The notes under the pieces: model-generated
Databases searched by the model: none
What the model saw: only the letters and a program-made list of their open reading frames with translations
Told to the model about the DNA's origin: nothing
Origin: Camelus ferus
Lineage: Eukaryota
Assembly: GCF_009834535.1 (NCBI RefSeq)
Contig: NC_045696.1
Coordinates: 28,584,001 to 28,648,000 of the forward strand
Reading direction: 5' to 3'
DNA: 64,000 nt
Made by a program: the position numbers and the translations under genes
Shown here: one piece after another, positions 1 to 12,302 of the stretch
Layout: each line of letters begins with the position of its first letter
Numbering within the stretch: position 1 is the first letter of the stretch

Positions 1-109
1 CTTTCTTTATATGAATGACAGGTGAAAAGCGGGAGAAGTACCAGTGGATTCTCAACATGGTTAAAGTACAAACAATCTTTAAATCTATACAATGGAAGAA
101 AACTGGGTC

Positions 110-450
110 TGCTGTCCGGCTCACACTGACTTCTCCAGAGGCCATGCCTGAGCCTGTGACCCTCAGGAAGCTGCTTCTCCCTCTTCAACTCTCACTCTAT
201 CAGTGAAAATAAGCGGGAGATACTATGATCTGCCTTCCCTGGCCACAGTGATGGGCTTAAAGGTGTCCATGTGACCAAGCCTGAATCAGCTGACCACTTT
301 CCCAGAACTTTTCCAAAAGAGAAGCTGGGACATGGAGTCCCTCTTTCTTTCTCAGTAGACAGTGCTGTGACATCTAAGCCCCAAATAGGGGTCAGCCCAG
401 TCTAAAGTTCCCATCATTGCTTCAGAAAAATGATTGCAGCAACTTTGAAG
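110..450. mobile_element. Ancient ERVL/MaLR LTR fragment (LTR16/MLT1-like)
   Basis: ccctggccacagtgatgg...catgtgaccaagc...aatcag motif recalled from this group. Degraded, so orientation and bounds are uncertain. Confidence 0.5.
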
Positions 451-2399
451 TTTAATTCTATTAGTATTAGATAAATCCTTAGGGTTTGACATGCTAACTC
501 CTTGTTTTTTTCCTATGCATAAACTCAGCCATACATTTGACAGATACTTATTCAGCAACTGCTATGGGCATGAGGTGCATTTGTAGGTAAACATGAGATT
601 CTGGAATCAGATATATTTCATGCCTTAGAAGTCAGTTTTTAATAAAATATTTTTATAAATAATGGTTAGATCCCACTCTTCCCACTTGGTAGCACTTGAA
701 TCTGTGTTCGTATTTTCTGTAATCTACAGCATGCATTATAAAAAGGAGCATTCTAATAAATACAGAAGTTCATGTGGAATTGTTTTGTGGCATGCAAATG
801 AATATGCTTGCACATTCCTGGACATAAATATGAAACTCTATATGTCAGTAGGTGACGTCGGCTCTGAAAAAGGGAGCTAAGCTCATGCACGTTGCAGATA
901 ACTATATTTAATTCTTTCACTTCTACTAAAGTAATAGACATTATTCATTGTCATATTCTAAAAAAATTTTCACAAGGGAAAAGTAATCTCTGATCAAATT
1001 CTTGCAGGATTGTTTACCTGACCACCCTCAGGTATTTTAAAATTTATGTTAACGCAAATCAGGAGTCTATGCTAAGGCAGAAAAGAAGTTAAAAAGACCT
1101 TATGATTTTTGTTTGTTTGTTTGTTTACCCTTGCAGCTCTAGTAAGGGAGGAACATTTGTCAATAAGCATGAATTGTCACCACAATTTGTACATGGCAGT
1201 TTTCATGGTAACAGGAAGTATACTAATTCTAAGTAATGTATTAAGTGCTAACTTTGCAATTTCTTCTATTCATTCCTGATTTGATATACAATTAAGGGCA
1301 TGCCATTTGTGATACTGGATGGTGCCTTTTTTGGTATACTTACAAAAACCCTCATAGACCTTGGAAACTCAATGAGCTAGAGAGCTAGAGAATACAAACC
1401 AGTTCCTACATGTTCAAAATTATCCCAACCGTAGAAGGGGTGCCCACTCCTGTGACCCCTGTGGTGTGGGTTGTCATGTTCCTGCACATTTCTCCTTTAA
1501 TGAGAATAAACAAAAGAGACATGAACTGTTTGTGATGTGCACTGCAGAAACAAAGAGCAGTTAAGCACATCAGTGTGCTCCATAAAAGAATTAGAGCAAT
1601 GATGTTTAAGGGAGAGCCTGTTATCAAGTGGATCAAAATTTTTATTCAGGGATGTGCTTAAAGACAAAAGAGCTATAAAAAAAATGAAACATCTTCATAT
1701 GTATTTTACACCAATAATTTACCTTCATAATAAATGTTTGGAATAGTTTCTGGCTCTTTATTGAAACAGGAATGTAAAAGCATGAATAAAATAATCACTG
1801 TGTTAACTGACCTGGCAGTCTATTTTTTTCCCCCCTCTAGAAGGGTTTATGCTCAACCTCATGAAGGAAAAACAGTCATGCTCAGAAGTTTGTGCTCATC
1901 TTTCACAGCTATCAGTAGAAGAAAATGTTAGCTCCTCTCAGGAAGAATGGATGCTCATTATAGACTTATTTATATGTATGATTTTATCAAATAGTATCAA
2001 ATATTGTAAGTAATCAGATAGTATGAAGAAGTCACAGAGAAAGTAGGAATATGAAATCACAATTCTATTTACTTTAAGTCTTACTTCCTAGTTTCCATTT
2101 TTGTTACTGGTGACATCATAATTTATATAAGTTTCTATTTCTAATTAAATGCTGTAGACTACATACTTAGGAAAAATGAGAAGGTAGCTTATCTATGCAA
2201 ACTTTCCTTCTTCTGAATTTCTCAAGATGTTAGATATTTATATTATTAATTTAGTTATTTAATGATAGCTTTTGTAACTTTAAATAGTACACTTAGAATT
2301 ACAGTCAACCTTTTGATGAGGGGGTTGGTCTTAGAAATTCGGTGTGCTCCTTCGAATGCTGTGTTGTCCTCCTCAGGGGACTAGGGAGAGAAAAGTGAC

Positions 2400-2920
2400 C
2401 CCATCAGAGAAAGGCGACTAATTTGAGCAGGAGGAATTGGCTGTAGGCAAAGTTGCAAAGGATCAGAAAGTGAGTTCAGATCATGGACAGATCTTAAATA
2501 ATATTGTAAGAAATGTATATTTTATTTTGTAGGCACTAAAGTTTTTCTTAACTAATGGTAAAGTAATGTGTTTGAACAGCACGCGTCCAGTGCTGCCTTA
2601 GACGGTGACACTGAACAAGAAGGTGCTGAAGGCAAAGATATCAGTTAAGAAATCATTGCAACGATTTAGTCTAAAGGTGAAAAATTACATTCCTGGCAGA
2701 GAGAATAGTGAAGATTTATGAGAAATAAGTGGATACATTTCTACTTGAACTTAATAACTAGTCGATTGTAAGGCTGGGATAGTGGGAGTCAGTAAAAAGA
2801 GAAATGTATCTAGGATGACTCTGAAGTGTCCAACTGAAGCTTTCACTTTAAATCAGAGATAATACAGGAAATGGAATATGATTGGGTGAAATTTAGTGAA
2901 TTTTTTCTGTTGAAGTTTTC
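2400..2920. mobile_element. L2 LINE fragment
   Basis: Purine-rich decayed L2-like motifs (attttattttgtaggcact.., aagaaatcattgcaa, tctaggatgactctgaagt). Confidence 0.5.
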
Positions 2921-5106
2921 TTGGCCCATGGAAAGCCTTTTCTCTCTAAAGAGCTAGAGGGGATGCTGAAACGTGGAAGCTTGAACTCTCCTTTTCTCTC
3001 TTTTGCTGTACATTCTGAATCCCTATCTGTTAACTCCTCTAAGAGCAAGCAGCTGCTGAGGTTTCGTAGTTTGTGTAAGCACTCAGGCTTTGTGAAAAAC
3101 TAACCTTGAGACTAGGTGGAGAATTTTCCACCCTTTGGAAAGGGCTCAAGAGTCCTGGGACGAGTACTAGGAATATACAGGGCACAGACTGGAACATGGA
3201 AGATCACAGGAAAGCTGGAATGTGAGGGATTCTTCTTCTTTGGGAAGGAGGCAGTGCCATTTTGTTTAAACTTACCGGGTCTTCCTTGTCCCCACAAAAC
3301 AGAGAAGAACTCATGGATAGAATTCTCACCGTCCTTAATGTTGCTTCCTCCTAGTTCCCCACTAGGGAACCAACATCTTTCATTATGATACACTGAAAAT
3401 CCACAAAATAGACCATTGTAGCTGATGGGCCTGTTACCCACTCAGTAGACAACAGAATAAAATGTGTTATCAGGGATCATTAGACAGAAACAAGAAAAGG
3501 TACAAGTGAAATATTTGGAATAGCTTCTAATGAAACTGAGCTACTGAAGGAGACAGAGAAGAACTTGGAACACCACCAACAACAAAAAATAGTAAGATTA
3601 TTTAAGAAAATTTAAAAATTGCCAAAAGCTGGAATTTTGATAATACAAATAAAAATAAAGTTGGTTGTGGACAACAAAAAATAGAGGTAGCAGAAAGTAA
3701 ACAACATGGGGAATGAGAAAAGAAAACTAGTTAGCGATACAGAAGAGAATGAAAAAATTATGAGAAAACAACTTCTGTAAATTTGTGGCCACAGAAGCAG
3801 GTTTAAGGATGAGTTTCCTCAATCAAGGGCTTTCTCAACAGCAGCAAAATTGTTAAGTGTAGAAGTATGTACTTGATGGATATCCATCCAAGTCAAGGAG
3901 AACTCAATGGGGGACATACCAAAGCAGAGAAAAACAGAAAAAAATAAGCTATTCCAAGTAATTAATTTCTTTTGATGGTTAGCATGTTTCCCAGTTACAT
4001 ACTGGCAATTCTAGTAAGCCTATCCAAATAGTTGTTCTAAAATTGCCTCCTTATATTTGATCTAAAAGTCCCAAATAAATCTTGTTTGAACCAGTGCACA
4101 CAGATTCTCACCCACGTCCATTGCTAGTTATAAAGTAATCCTACTCTAGCAAGAATAAAAATAAAATTTTTAAAAAGTATATAAAATGTAGCATACAAAC
4201 TATAACTTAAATTAAAATGTGAACTATTACGAAAATAACAAAGTAATTAAATAATAAATAAACAAATAAAACCAAGTTTAGATTTCAGCTATGAATCGGT
4301 CACTGTATGTCAGGGTAGTTTGATGAGTCGTCAAGGTTCTATTTAAAAGTCAGAATCACTGTTTATTAATTCTTCTTAGAGGATATCTTTTAATCCAAAG
4401 GTCTGAAATCCTATCATCATCCCTTCTCCAGTTGCATTTTGCAGAAACGCTAAATTAGAAGTGCCTAGAGCACCTCCAGAATGGATTTCAGAAAAAAATT
4501 GGGATCTGGAGGTAGAATTTTTGTAATTATCTTCATTTAGGAGATACTTCCCTTAAGGGGGTTAAGAAAATGCCCCCCAGGAAGAACTTAGAGAATAAAG
4601 GCAATCCTGCAAATAAAACAGAAATAATCATTGGCAACAGAAGTAAGATATTTGGTTCAGTTTCTGTTCTCAGTGTTGTATCTGTGTCTTCTCACCTGCC
4701 AAGGCTTTCAGATCCATTAAAACTGTAATCACAGAAGTAGTGGTAGGAGATTTTTTTTTAACTCATAGAATCTGGAGGAGTTCTCCCTAGTACCTGGTTT
4801 TCAGCAGTACGTCAGCTCTAACTCCCAAACTCTGGGAACAATTCTATTAACTCATTGCTCTGCAGGAGACGGGGGGGTGAAGGGGCAACCACTTCTGTAG
4901 CCTTTCAGACTTTCACTAAGCAAGCCAGGAGTTTCAACCCTGCTCACACACTTTAAATGTTGTTTTGTTTTGTTATGTTTGTGGCCCAAGAAGATGCTTA
5001 TTTTGTTTTTTAAACTGATTTTTTTTTCCATTTTTATATACCATCCACTGTTATATTTCTGGAGCAGCAGAATAGTGTTAAGGCATTAAAATCTAAAGCA
5101 AGCCAT

Positions 5107-5553
5107 TGTGAATGAAAAATACTGCAAACCATTATCAGTAAACAAAGAAAGCTGAAACCATCAAGTCATGAGCTGCTGCCGCCACCCCCCAGTGAAGACA
5201 AGCCTGCAGGCCAGCCAGAGTGGTGCACTCTGAGGGAATTCAGAATAAGAAAGGACTGGATACCAGCCCTAGATAGCTAGGTGCTTGTCAAAGGAATGAA
5301 TTCAATGAGCCCAAATGTTTGCTTCCTCCCATACACAGAAAAGCACTAAATTCTTTAACTTGAGATGCCTGGTTTTCTTTAGATAACGAGTAATCTTTTA
5401 TTGTTCCAACTACCTGGTCTTTGTTGTAAAACTCTTATATAGCTAGCTCCTCCCCTACCTCTTCGGAGCAGTCCGTCAGAGCGATCTGAGAGCCTTCCCG
5501 CCAAATAAAACATAACTCTCAACTTTTAGGCTGCACATTTATTTCAGTTGACA
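5107..5553 (+). mobile_element. ERV1 solo LTR, MER41-like (artiodactyl type)
   Basis: TG...CA termini and a perfect 4-bp TSD ccat (5103-5106, 5554-5557). It has a TATA-like tatata and AATAAA, and ends ccaaataaaacataactctcaacttttagg...cagttgaca as I recall for artiodactyl MER41. Confidence 0.85.
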
Positions 5554-8039
5554 CCATCTTAATCAGAAATCATAGTTGTTGTTGTTTTTTTTAACATTAG
5601 GAGCTCTTAACTGTTAAGCATGTTGTTACAACAGATGGAAAACTCACAAAATTCCTGCAATTTAAGTACATAATGTATGGTAATTTGACATCAGAGGGGA
5701 CTGAAACACAGAGACACTGGTTAACAAATCCAATATAAAAAATGTTACTCATATGTCTAAGATTCAAAATCTGATATCTTGATTTCTTATTTTGCTCATT
5801 TTAACCCGCATACTGATTTCTACATACAGTTGGAAAAGAGGAGGGGAAAAAAAGGAGAAGTTAAACAATAGAGTAAGTGAAATTCTTTCTTCTAAACTCA
5901 AGTTGAAAGACCTGGAGAAAATGATTTGTCTTTTAGCCAAAGTTTCTCCATACTAAATAGCAGATGTATTGCATTAAAGCTTCCCTATGCCTGTGTGGTG
6001 TGATTCATGGGATTGGCAGGAATAACAAAGTGATGTGTAGATTAATGGCACTGCATGGGGGCAGGGGATGGAGTGGAGGGTGGGGACAGGTGGGGAGAGG
6101 TGCCAGGGAAGAGAAACTAGAAGAGAAGTTATCTCTTACTATATTCTGATGAAAACAAAGTTTCTTTCTTTTTTTTTTTTTTTTTTTTTTTGGTTTGTAC
6201 AATAGTGTGAGTGATGGCCATGTGTCTCACTGAGAAAAAGATACTGTCTCACTCTAAGAGCATAGATAAGGGTTAAGAGTGCTGGAGTCCATGTTACTGG
6301 TTTATTGTGTGGCCCTGGGCAAAGTACTTATTTCCTCCATTTAAGTGTTCCCACAGGTCCCTTGACAAAGTGATTGTCTCAACTTAGTCCCTCTATTCCT
6401 TTCACTCTCTTGGTATTCTGCACCCCTCCTTCTGCTTGTGGAGAAGAGCAGTTTCTAATGTTTGTTAACCGTTTCATTCTTCATGCTCTGCTTCAAGCTC
6501 TGCAAGATGCAACTGATAGCCTTGAGAACAAACTTTTCCTAGGGAAATGAACGGCTTTTCATGCTCACTGGGATTAACATTTGGAAAGTAGAAAAAAATC
6601 AGGCAGAAGGGAAAAGAACCTGGATTCTGTCTGAGCCTATCTGTGCAATAATGAATTCCTTGCTATAAACCAAATGAGTTAATTGCAACCATAGGAACAA
6701 TTTAATTTAATTTAATTGGAATGTGAACAGAGAGATGTCTGAAGGCATCAAATCACACCTGGAAAGTAAAAAGCTGTAATCTTTTTCATTAAGTTAAATG
6801 AGGAAAAGGCCCGTTTTAAGAATAACTTGTGATGACTTCAGCAGTATGACCCCAATTTTTCTTCTAAAAAATAGTCTGCAATGTAAAATTGCTTATTCAT
6901 CTTCAATGTCCTGTATACATCTGAAAATGTAGATTATCTTAAATATGTATATTAAGGTCAGTTTTTTAAAATGTAAGCTTATCTCCTAAATTATTGGCAT
7001 TTGACATATAAGTGACTAAAGTAAATGGGTAAAAGTATGATTTACTTGCTACCAATAGTCATTTAAAGAGCTGCATACGAAGTCCTTTCATATATATCAC
7101 GTGCTTTCACCCTGGGAACAGTAAGTATTATCGTATCATTTTTACCAATAAGAAAACGTGAAACAGAGAGAACTTAAATAGTTTTTCTTAAATCAATTAA
7201 GAATAAATGCCATTTTTATGGTTAGAATTGAGATTTCACAACCTGTCTTTTGTTTTCAATTACATCAGCCAATCAGAAATCATCTATATGCCTAATAACC
7301 ATCTTTGTCATCTTATTACCATTATTAATCTATTCACAATCAACTAATCCTAACTTATGCCAAACATTTACATTTATCTTTTTGCTACCTGTTTTCTTTC
7401 CCTCTGGGAAGTAATATTGCTGCTCAATACATAGTGCACTCTCTTAAATTTATGGAAACGGAAGCAACTGACTTACTCTCAAGTAGCTATCAAGTAATCC
7501 TCAATTCAAGTGATGATTTTTATTTAACAAAATAATTTTCATTAGGAGGGAACAACTGCATCAACCTGCCTTTTCCAAGCCTGATCTGTCTCTGGAATAG
7601 GCAGAGGGTAAACATATAAATTCATTATCCCATCTCCCAGTTCTACTGAGTATAACAAGTTTGTTTGATTTCATCCAGAGGACCTAAAATCTTCCACATC
7701 CAAATTCAGCACTTGCTATTGTTCATGTACTACAATCTGTTACTTCAAATTAAGACTTTTTGTGCTTCTAGTCAATAGAATTAAGGTAGTGTCCTCCATA
7801 AGGTAGTAGATATTCACTAGATAAACATTTCCAAATTCACACCGTGATCAGACTTGGAGCTGGATAATATAAGGCAGCCATTCCCTGGGTCTTCTCAAGC
7901 CTACAGATGTGTGTTCCATCCTACTCCATTTAAGATTGGTCCTGTGTCTTACCCGTTTTAGGAGCTAAAATGGACACTCGGATCATGTAAAGAAGTTTCT
8001 TCAGTAAATTAATGATGAAGAGATGTAGAATACATACAG

Positions 8040-8182
8040 GCTGAAAGTATGTGCTCTAGAACCAGAGACCTTGGGTTAGAATCCCAGCTCCACCATTTTC
8101 AACTGTGGAACTTCAGGCCACTTTTATCACATCTGATGTCCTTAGACATCATTATTATAGAGTGTGGATCCACTTCATAGCT
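8040..8182 (+). mobile_element. MIR SINE (continues at ~8790-8850)
   Basis: gctctagaaccagagaccttgggttagaatcccagctccacca is the MIR core; the tail cactcaataaatat follows the MLT1. Confidence 0.75.
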
Positions 8183-8786
8183 TGTGGGATGGACAGATTC
8201 TAAGCTGATCCTCTATGGTCCCCAACTCCGAGTATTCATACCTTTGTGTAATGTCCTCTCTAGGAGCGTGAGCAGAACCTGGGAGTTAGTTCTAACCAAT
8301 AGAGTATGGCAAAGGTGATAGGATGGCAGTCTAGTGATTACGGTAGACTGTATAAAGACACAAACTTGCTAGAAGGCTCTATCCAGGTACTTAACCCTTA
8401 CAGACTTTGAAGAAGCATGTAAACATGTTAGGAGGCCCACAAGTCAAGAATGGCTTTTAGGGGTTAAGGTTTCTGGGAGCTGAGAGCAGCCTCTACCCAA
8501 GAGCTAGCATGAAGCTAGGATCCTCAGTCCCATGACTGCATGGAGATGAATTCTGCCAACAAACTGAGTGAGCTTGGAACCATACTCTTCTTCTGCAGTC
8601 AGGACTCTTGATGAGAACACAGTCCCTCTAGTGTCCTGATTGCAGTCTTGTGACACCCAAGGCAGAGGATCCAGCTGGGTAGAACCCAGTAAGCTTAACC
8701 AACATAGCTGTGATATAATAAATGTGTGATATTTTAAACCATAGAATCTGTGGTAATGTGTTGTGCAGAAACAGGAAATTAATAGA
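8183..8786 (+). mobile_element. MaLR LTR (MLT1E-like) splitting a MIR
   Basis: Recognised motifs ttctaaccaatagagtatggcaaaggtgat, gaattctgccaacaa and the MLT1 3' end ttttaaaccatagaatctgtggtaatgtgttgtgcag..aata. MIR sequence lies on both sides. Confidence 0.8.
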
Positions 8787-9154
8787 GTTGTGAGTATACA
8801 TACTATTTTTGCCCAAAACAAAACACATGATGTGCACTCAATAAATATCTTCAAAGATGCAAGTATCATAAACATATGGTAAAGTTTTCTTTAAGTAGTT
8901 CCAGATAACATTATGAACAAATAGAAAATTAATTTTTTAAATGATGCAAATACTGATATTTCATTGCATACCTGTAACAAAGAAAATGATATACCACTAA
9001 CAAAACTAATCAGAAGCCTCTTAGGATGAGATCAAAACTAGATTTCAAATATTAAGAAGAAAATTTATATGTACACCTGTGTGTATACAATAATATGTGT
9101 AATATAATATATAATGCTACCATAACATTAATCCACATATGTATGTGTAGAATT

Positions 9155-9172
9155 TATATATATATATGTGTA

Positions 9173-9222
<50 letters not shown>

Positions 9223-9279
9223 TATTTTCTTAAATATTATATGTTGGACATGTTGCATATGTTTCATGTATATTCCATA

Positions 9280-9316
<37 letters not shown>
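9155..9316. repeat. Compound (TA)n/(TG)n microsatellite region
   Basis: Pure TA runs at ~9184-9216 and ~9290-9316. Confidence 0.95.
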
Positions 9317-9321
<5 letters not shown>

Positions 9322-9799
9322 TTTGTTTTTGTTTAATTCTTCTTTGCTTCTTTATCTTGCCTGAGGGAGTGGCTTTAACTTATGATTGTAACAGTGCTAC
9401 CTAGCTCAATATGTGATGGGTAGTAGACACATAGAATTCTTTTTAAATGATTGACTTCATCAATCCAGGCCTTATACTATTAATTGAGGCTATGAATAAT
9501 TTCAATAGTACTCTAATATCATAAAGCTTATTGTCTAGGAATAGAATCAGATATACATAAACAAGTATTTACAATATGCTAAGTGCTAATAGATCTATAA
9601 AAGGTTAACAATGTAGCATTAAGTAAGGCAATAGTCTGGCTGATGGGATCAAAACGTTGTAGAAGTATGAATTTACATAAAAAGGAAGAGTTCATAGGTT
9701 GAAAAGATTAGGAATGATAATTACACATCTCTTCCCCTCTCAAGTAGATAAAGATCAGAATCCCACTAGCAAAGTGTCTGACAAATCTACTTTAAAAGT

Positions 9800-12302
9800 T
9801 ACTAACCTAAGGCAAATAGTCTGCCAGATATGTCTCTAGCAAAAATAGATTTATTTGGGATCAGCAGAGAATTGCAATTTGGGGTCTGTGAACATGGTGA
9901 AGCATTGTGCAAGTCCCACACAGCGAGGAAAGGCGAATGCTTCTACAGAGCAGAAAAGGAAGCTGGGAGAACCATAGTGTATGAAAAGTCCACGGTTGTC
10001 ATTGGTGAGCCCTTGCCAGGAAAGAAGAGGAGACTTTCTTCTTGTGGTTGGGTCCTTTCATCATCACAGGGTGTGAGAACTCCCCTTTCTGGTTTCCCAA
10101 GTCTATTTAATTGAAGTTTCTGTTTATTAATTTTTTACATTTTCCCCTTTTGATCAGAACTTTTTTCTGACAGCATCACTGATCAAGAGTCAGATTTTCT
10201 AGTTTCAGTGGCTTTTTTTTTTCCTGGATATAGTGTTTCATGTCAGAGGGAAAGTGTATAGATGGGAAACATATTAAGTTCACATTTGAGTAACGAGCAT
10301 TAGAAGGAAGAAATCTCAAGCACTTTTTATCTAAAGTCTTTATCTTATGTTATTAAGATCACAGACATTGGGTATCATCTGAAGCATTATCTCATCATCA
10401 GATGTTTGGCAACAAACTTCCAACAGGCCTAATCCAAATACCTTGGGAAACTGTCTCATCAGATGTTGTCTGCTTCAATTCAGAGAAATCTTTACTTTCA
10501 GGTCACCAAATTAAATTATTTTTAATAGAGCAATTAGGCCTTTGCAATATTGGAGTATCTCTCCTTTTATCAGCTGTGAGTCAAAAGAGGCAGAAACCAT
10601 GTGCATTGGGCATCCTGTGACTATTTCAAAGGGTGAGAGTTTATTAGCCACAAAGGGATATATATAAAATTTGAAACGACCAACAATAATGCATTGGGTT
10701 AAGGTATTTGGAGGACCTCTACAAAATTTTTCAAGTCTTAGGAATGCCATTAGTGCAACTGACTAAACTAGAGGCTTGAGGGTGGTAAGCACAGGAAAGA
10801 GGTTGTAAAACCAGCCAAACAATGCAGTCTCATTGAATTACCTAACCATAAAATGGGTTTTTCAGTTACTATGAAGTTTGAGAGGAGTTTCCCAGATAGA
10901 GATCATCTCCATAAATGCATTAGCCACAGAAGAGGCAGTAGCCTTTTTGTAAGGCAAGACCTCAGCCCAGTGTGAAAACACAGAGACTATGTTTATATCC
11001 ATTAGACACAGTTTGCATGGAATCCATTTGCCAGAACTCAAAAGGTCCATTGGGCAGTTTGAAATTTGCCGGAGCAGTACTAATAGGCTTCTCTGGGTTG
11101 TACTTCAGACAAGTGGGACAAGTGACGTAGGCACTTTTTGTGGGTTTGTCCATGTTTCCCCACCAATACTGATCCATGAAGACTAACACTGGTCAGTAGA
11201 CCTATGGTCTAATGCATGTACACTGGCGAAAAGTGGAAATTTCAGAGTCTCTGGTAGGGATGGGTTGTTATTTGGTCCAAACCAGAACTTTTTATTAAAC
11301 CAACAAGTATTGAATTTTCATTCTTATTGTTCCTTTTCTGAGGCTGATTTTCTGAGGGAAGTATTTCTTTGGACCATGATGGAGGTTTGGCTGCTGTTCG
11401 TCACTTTAAGGACAACATTCATTCCAGAAAGGTCAGCAAGATGATTCCCCCTAGCTTCCAAGCAGTCAAGTTTAGAATGCCTAAGAATCTTAACAATAGC
11501 TAAAGATGGGAGCTGCACTAAGAATTCTGCCAGGATCAGTTGGAGATTTTGCTCATACTGAAGCTGGCGGCTGACTAAGTAGGAGCCAAAGAAATGGGAG
11601 TGATGACTGAACTGACAGAGTTTCAGTGAAGCAGCCCTTGTTCTCAAAGGAATGGTCCAAAGTCTAGGCAGCTTCAATGGAAACGGTCTAGTCTCAAAGT
11701 GAGACCAAAATGGCAAACAAGCACTTGCATGCAGAACAGGCCTTAACCAGAAACACACAATCTTGAAACAGATCCAGAATAAAGTCTGGAGAGCTTCAAA
11801 GGCAAAGAGAATTGGGAGGTAGGATCCAGGATAATGCTGTTCCTTCAAACCTCAGCGTTGGTGAGAAAAGTAGTGAGCCACAATGTGCTCAGTTGTGGGA
11901 ACTGTGTCTGTTTGCTCACCAGTCCTGGAAACTTCTGGGGTCTTCTCTGCCCCCCTCCATAAGCCACCAAAATGTTGACCTAAAACAAAAGGAATGCCAG
12001 ATGTTTCTCCAACCAAGACAGATTTACCTGGAATCAGGATAGTATTGCAATTCAGGGTCTGCAGGCATGTGTGAGTCTCTGCATGGCAAGGAAAGGAGGA
12101 CACTTCCATAGAGAGGGAAGGAAGTTGGAGGGCTCTGGTAAACAAAGAGCCCATGACTTTTCTTTGGCTGAGTCCTTGCCAGGAAAGAGGAAGAGTCTTT
12201 CTTATTCCTATTGGGCTCTGCTAATATCACAGGGCACAAGAGCACTCTCTTCTGGACTCCCTACTATATTTAATTGACATTTCTGTTGATTAATTTTTTA
12301 CA
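9800..12302 (-). mobile_element. Internally deleted ERV1-like provirus with two LTRs
   Basis: Homologous LTRs at 9800-10139 and 11973-12302. On the minus strand a PPT (aaaaggggaaa) precedes the 3' LTR and a PBS-like tggtggcttatgg follows the 5' LTR. The 4-bp flanks are aagt/aagc, and pol remnants lie inside. Confidence 0.9.
10800..11530 (-). pseudogene. Degraded ERV pol remnant (RNase H end + integrase zinc finger/core)
   Basis: Minus-strand translations, split across frames: ARGNHLAD (RNase H), CPTCLKYNP...LPNGPFEFWQMD (integrase HHCC to first catalytic D) and SHWAEVLPYKKATASSVA...PLKLHSN. Confidence 0.85.
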
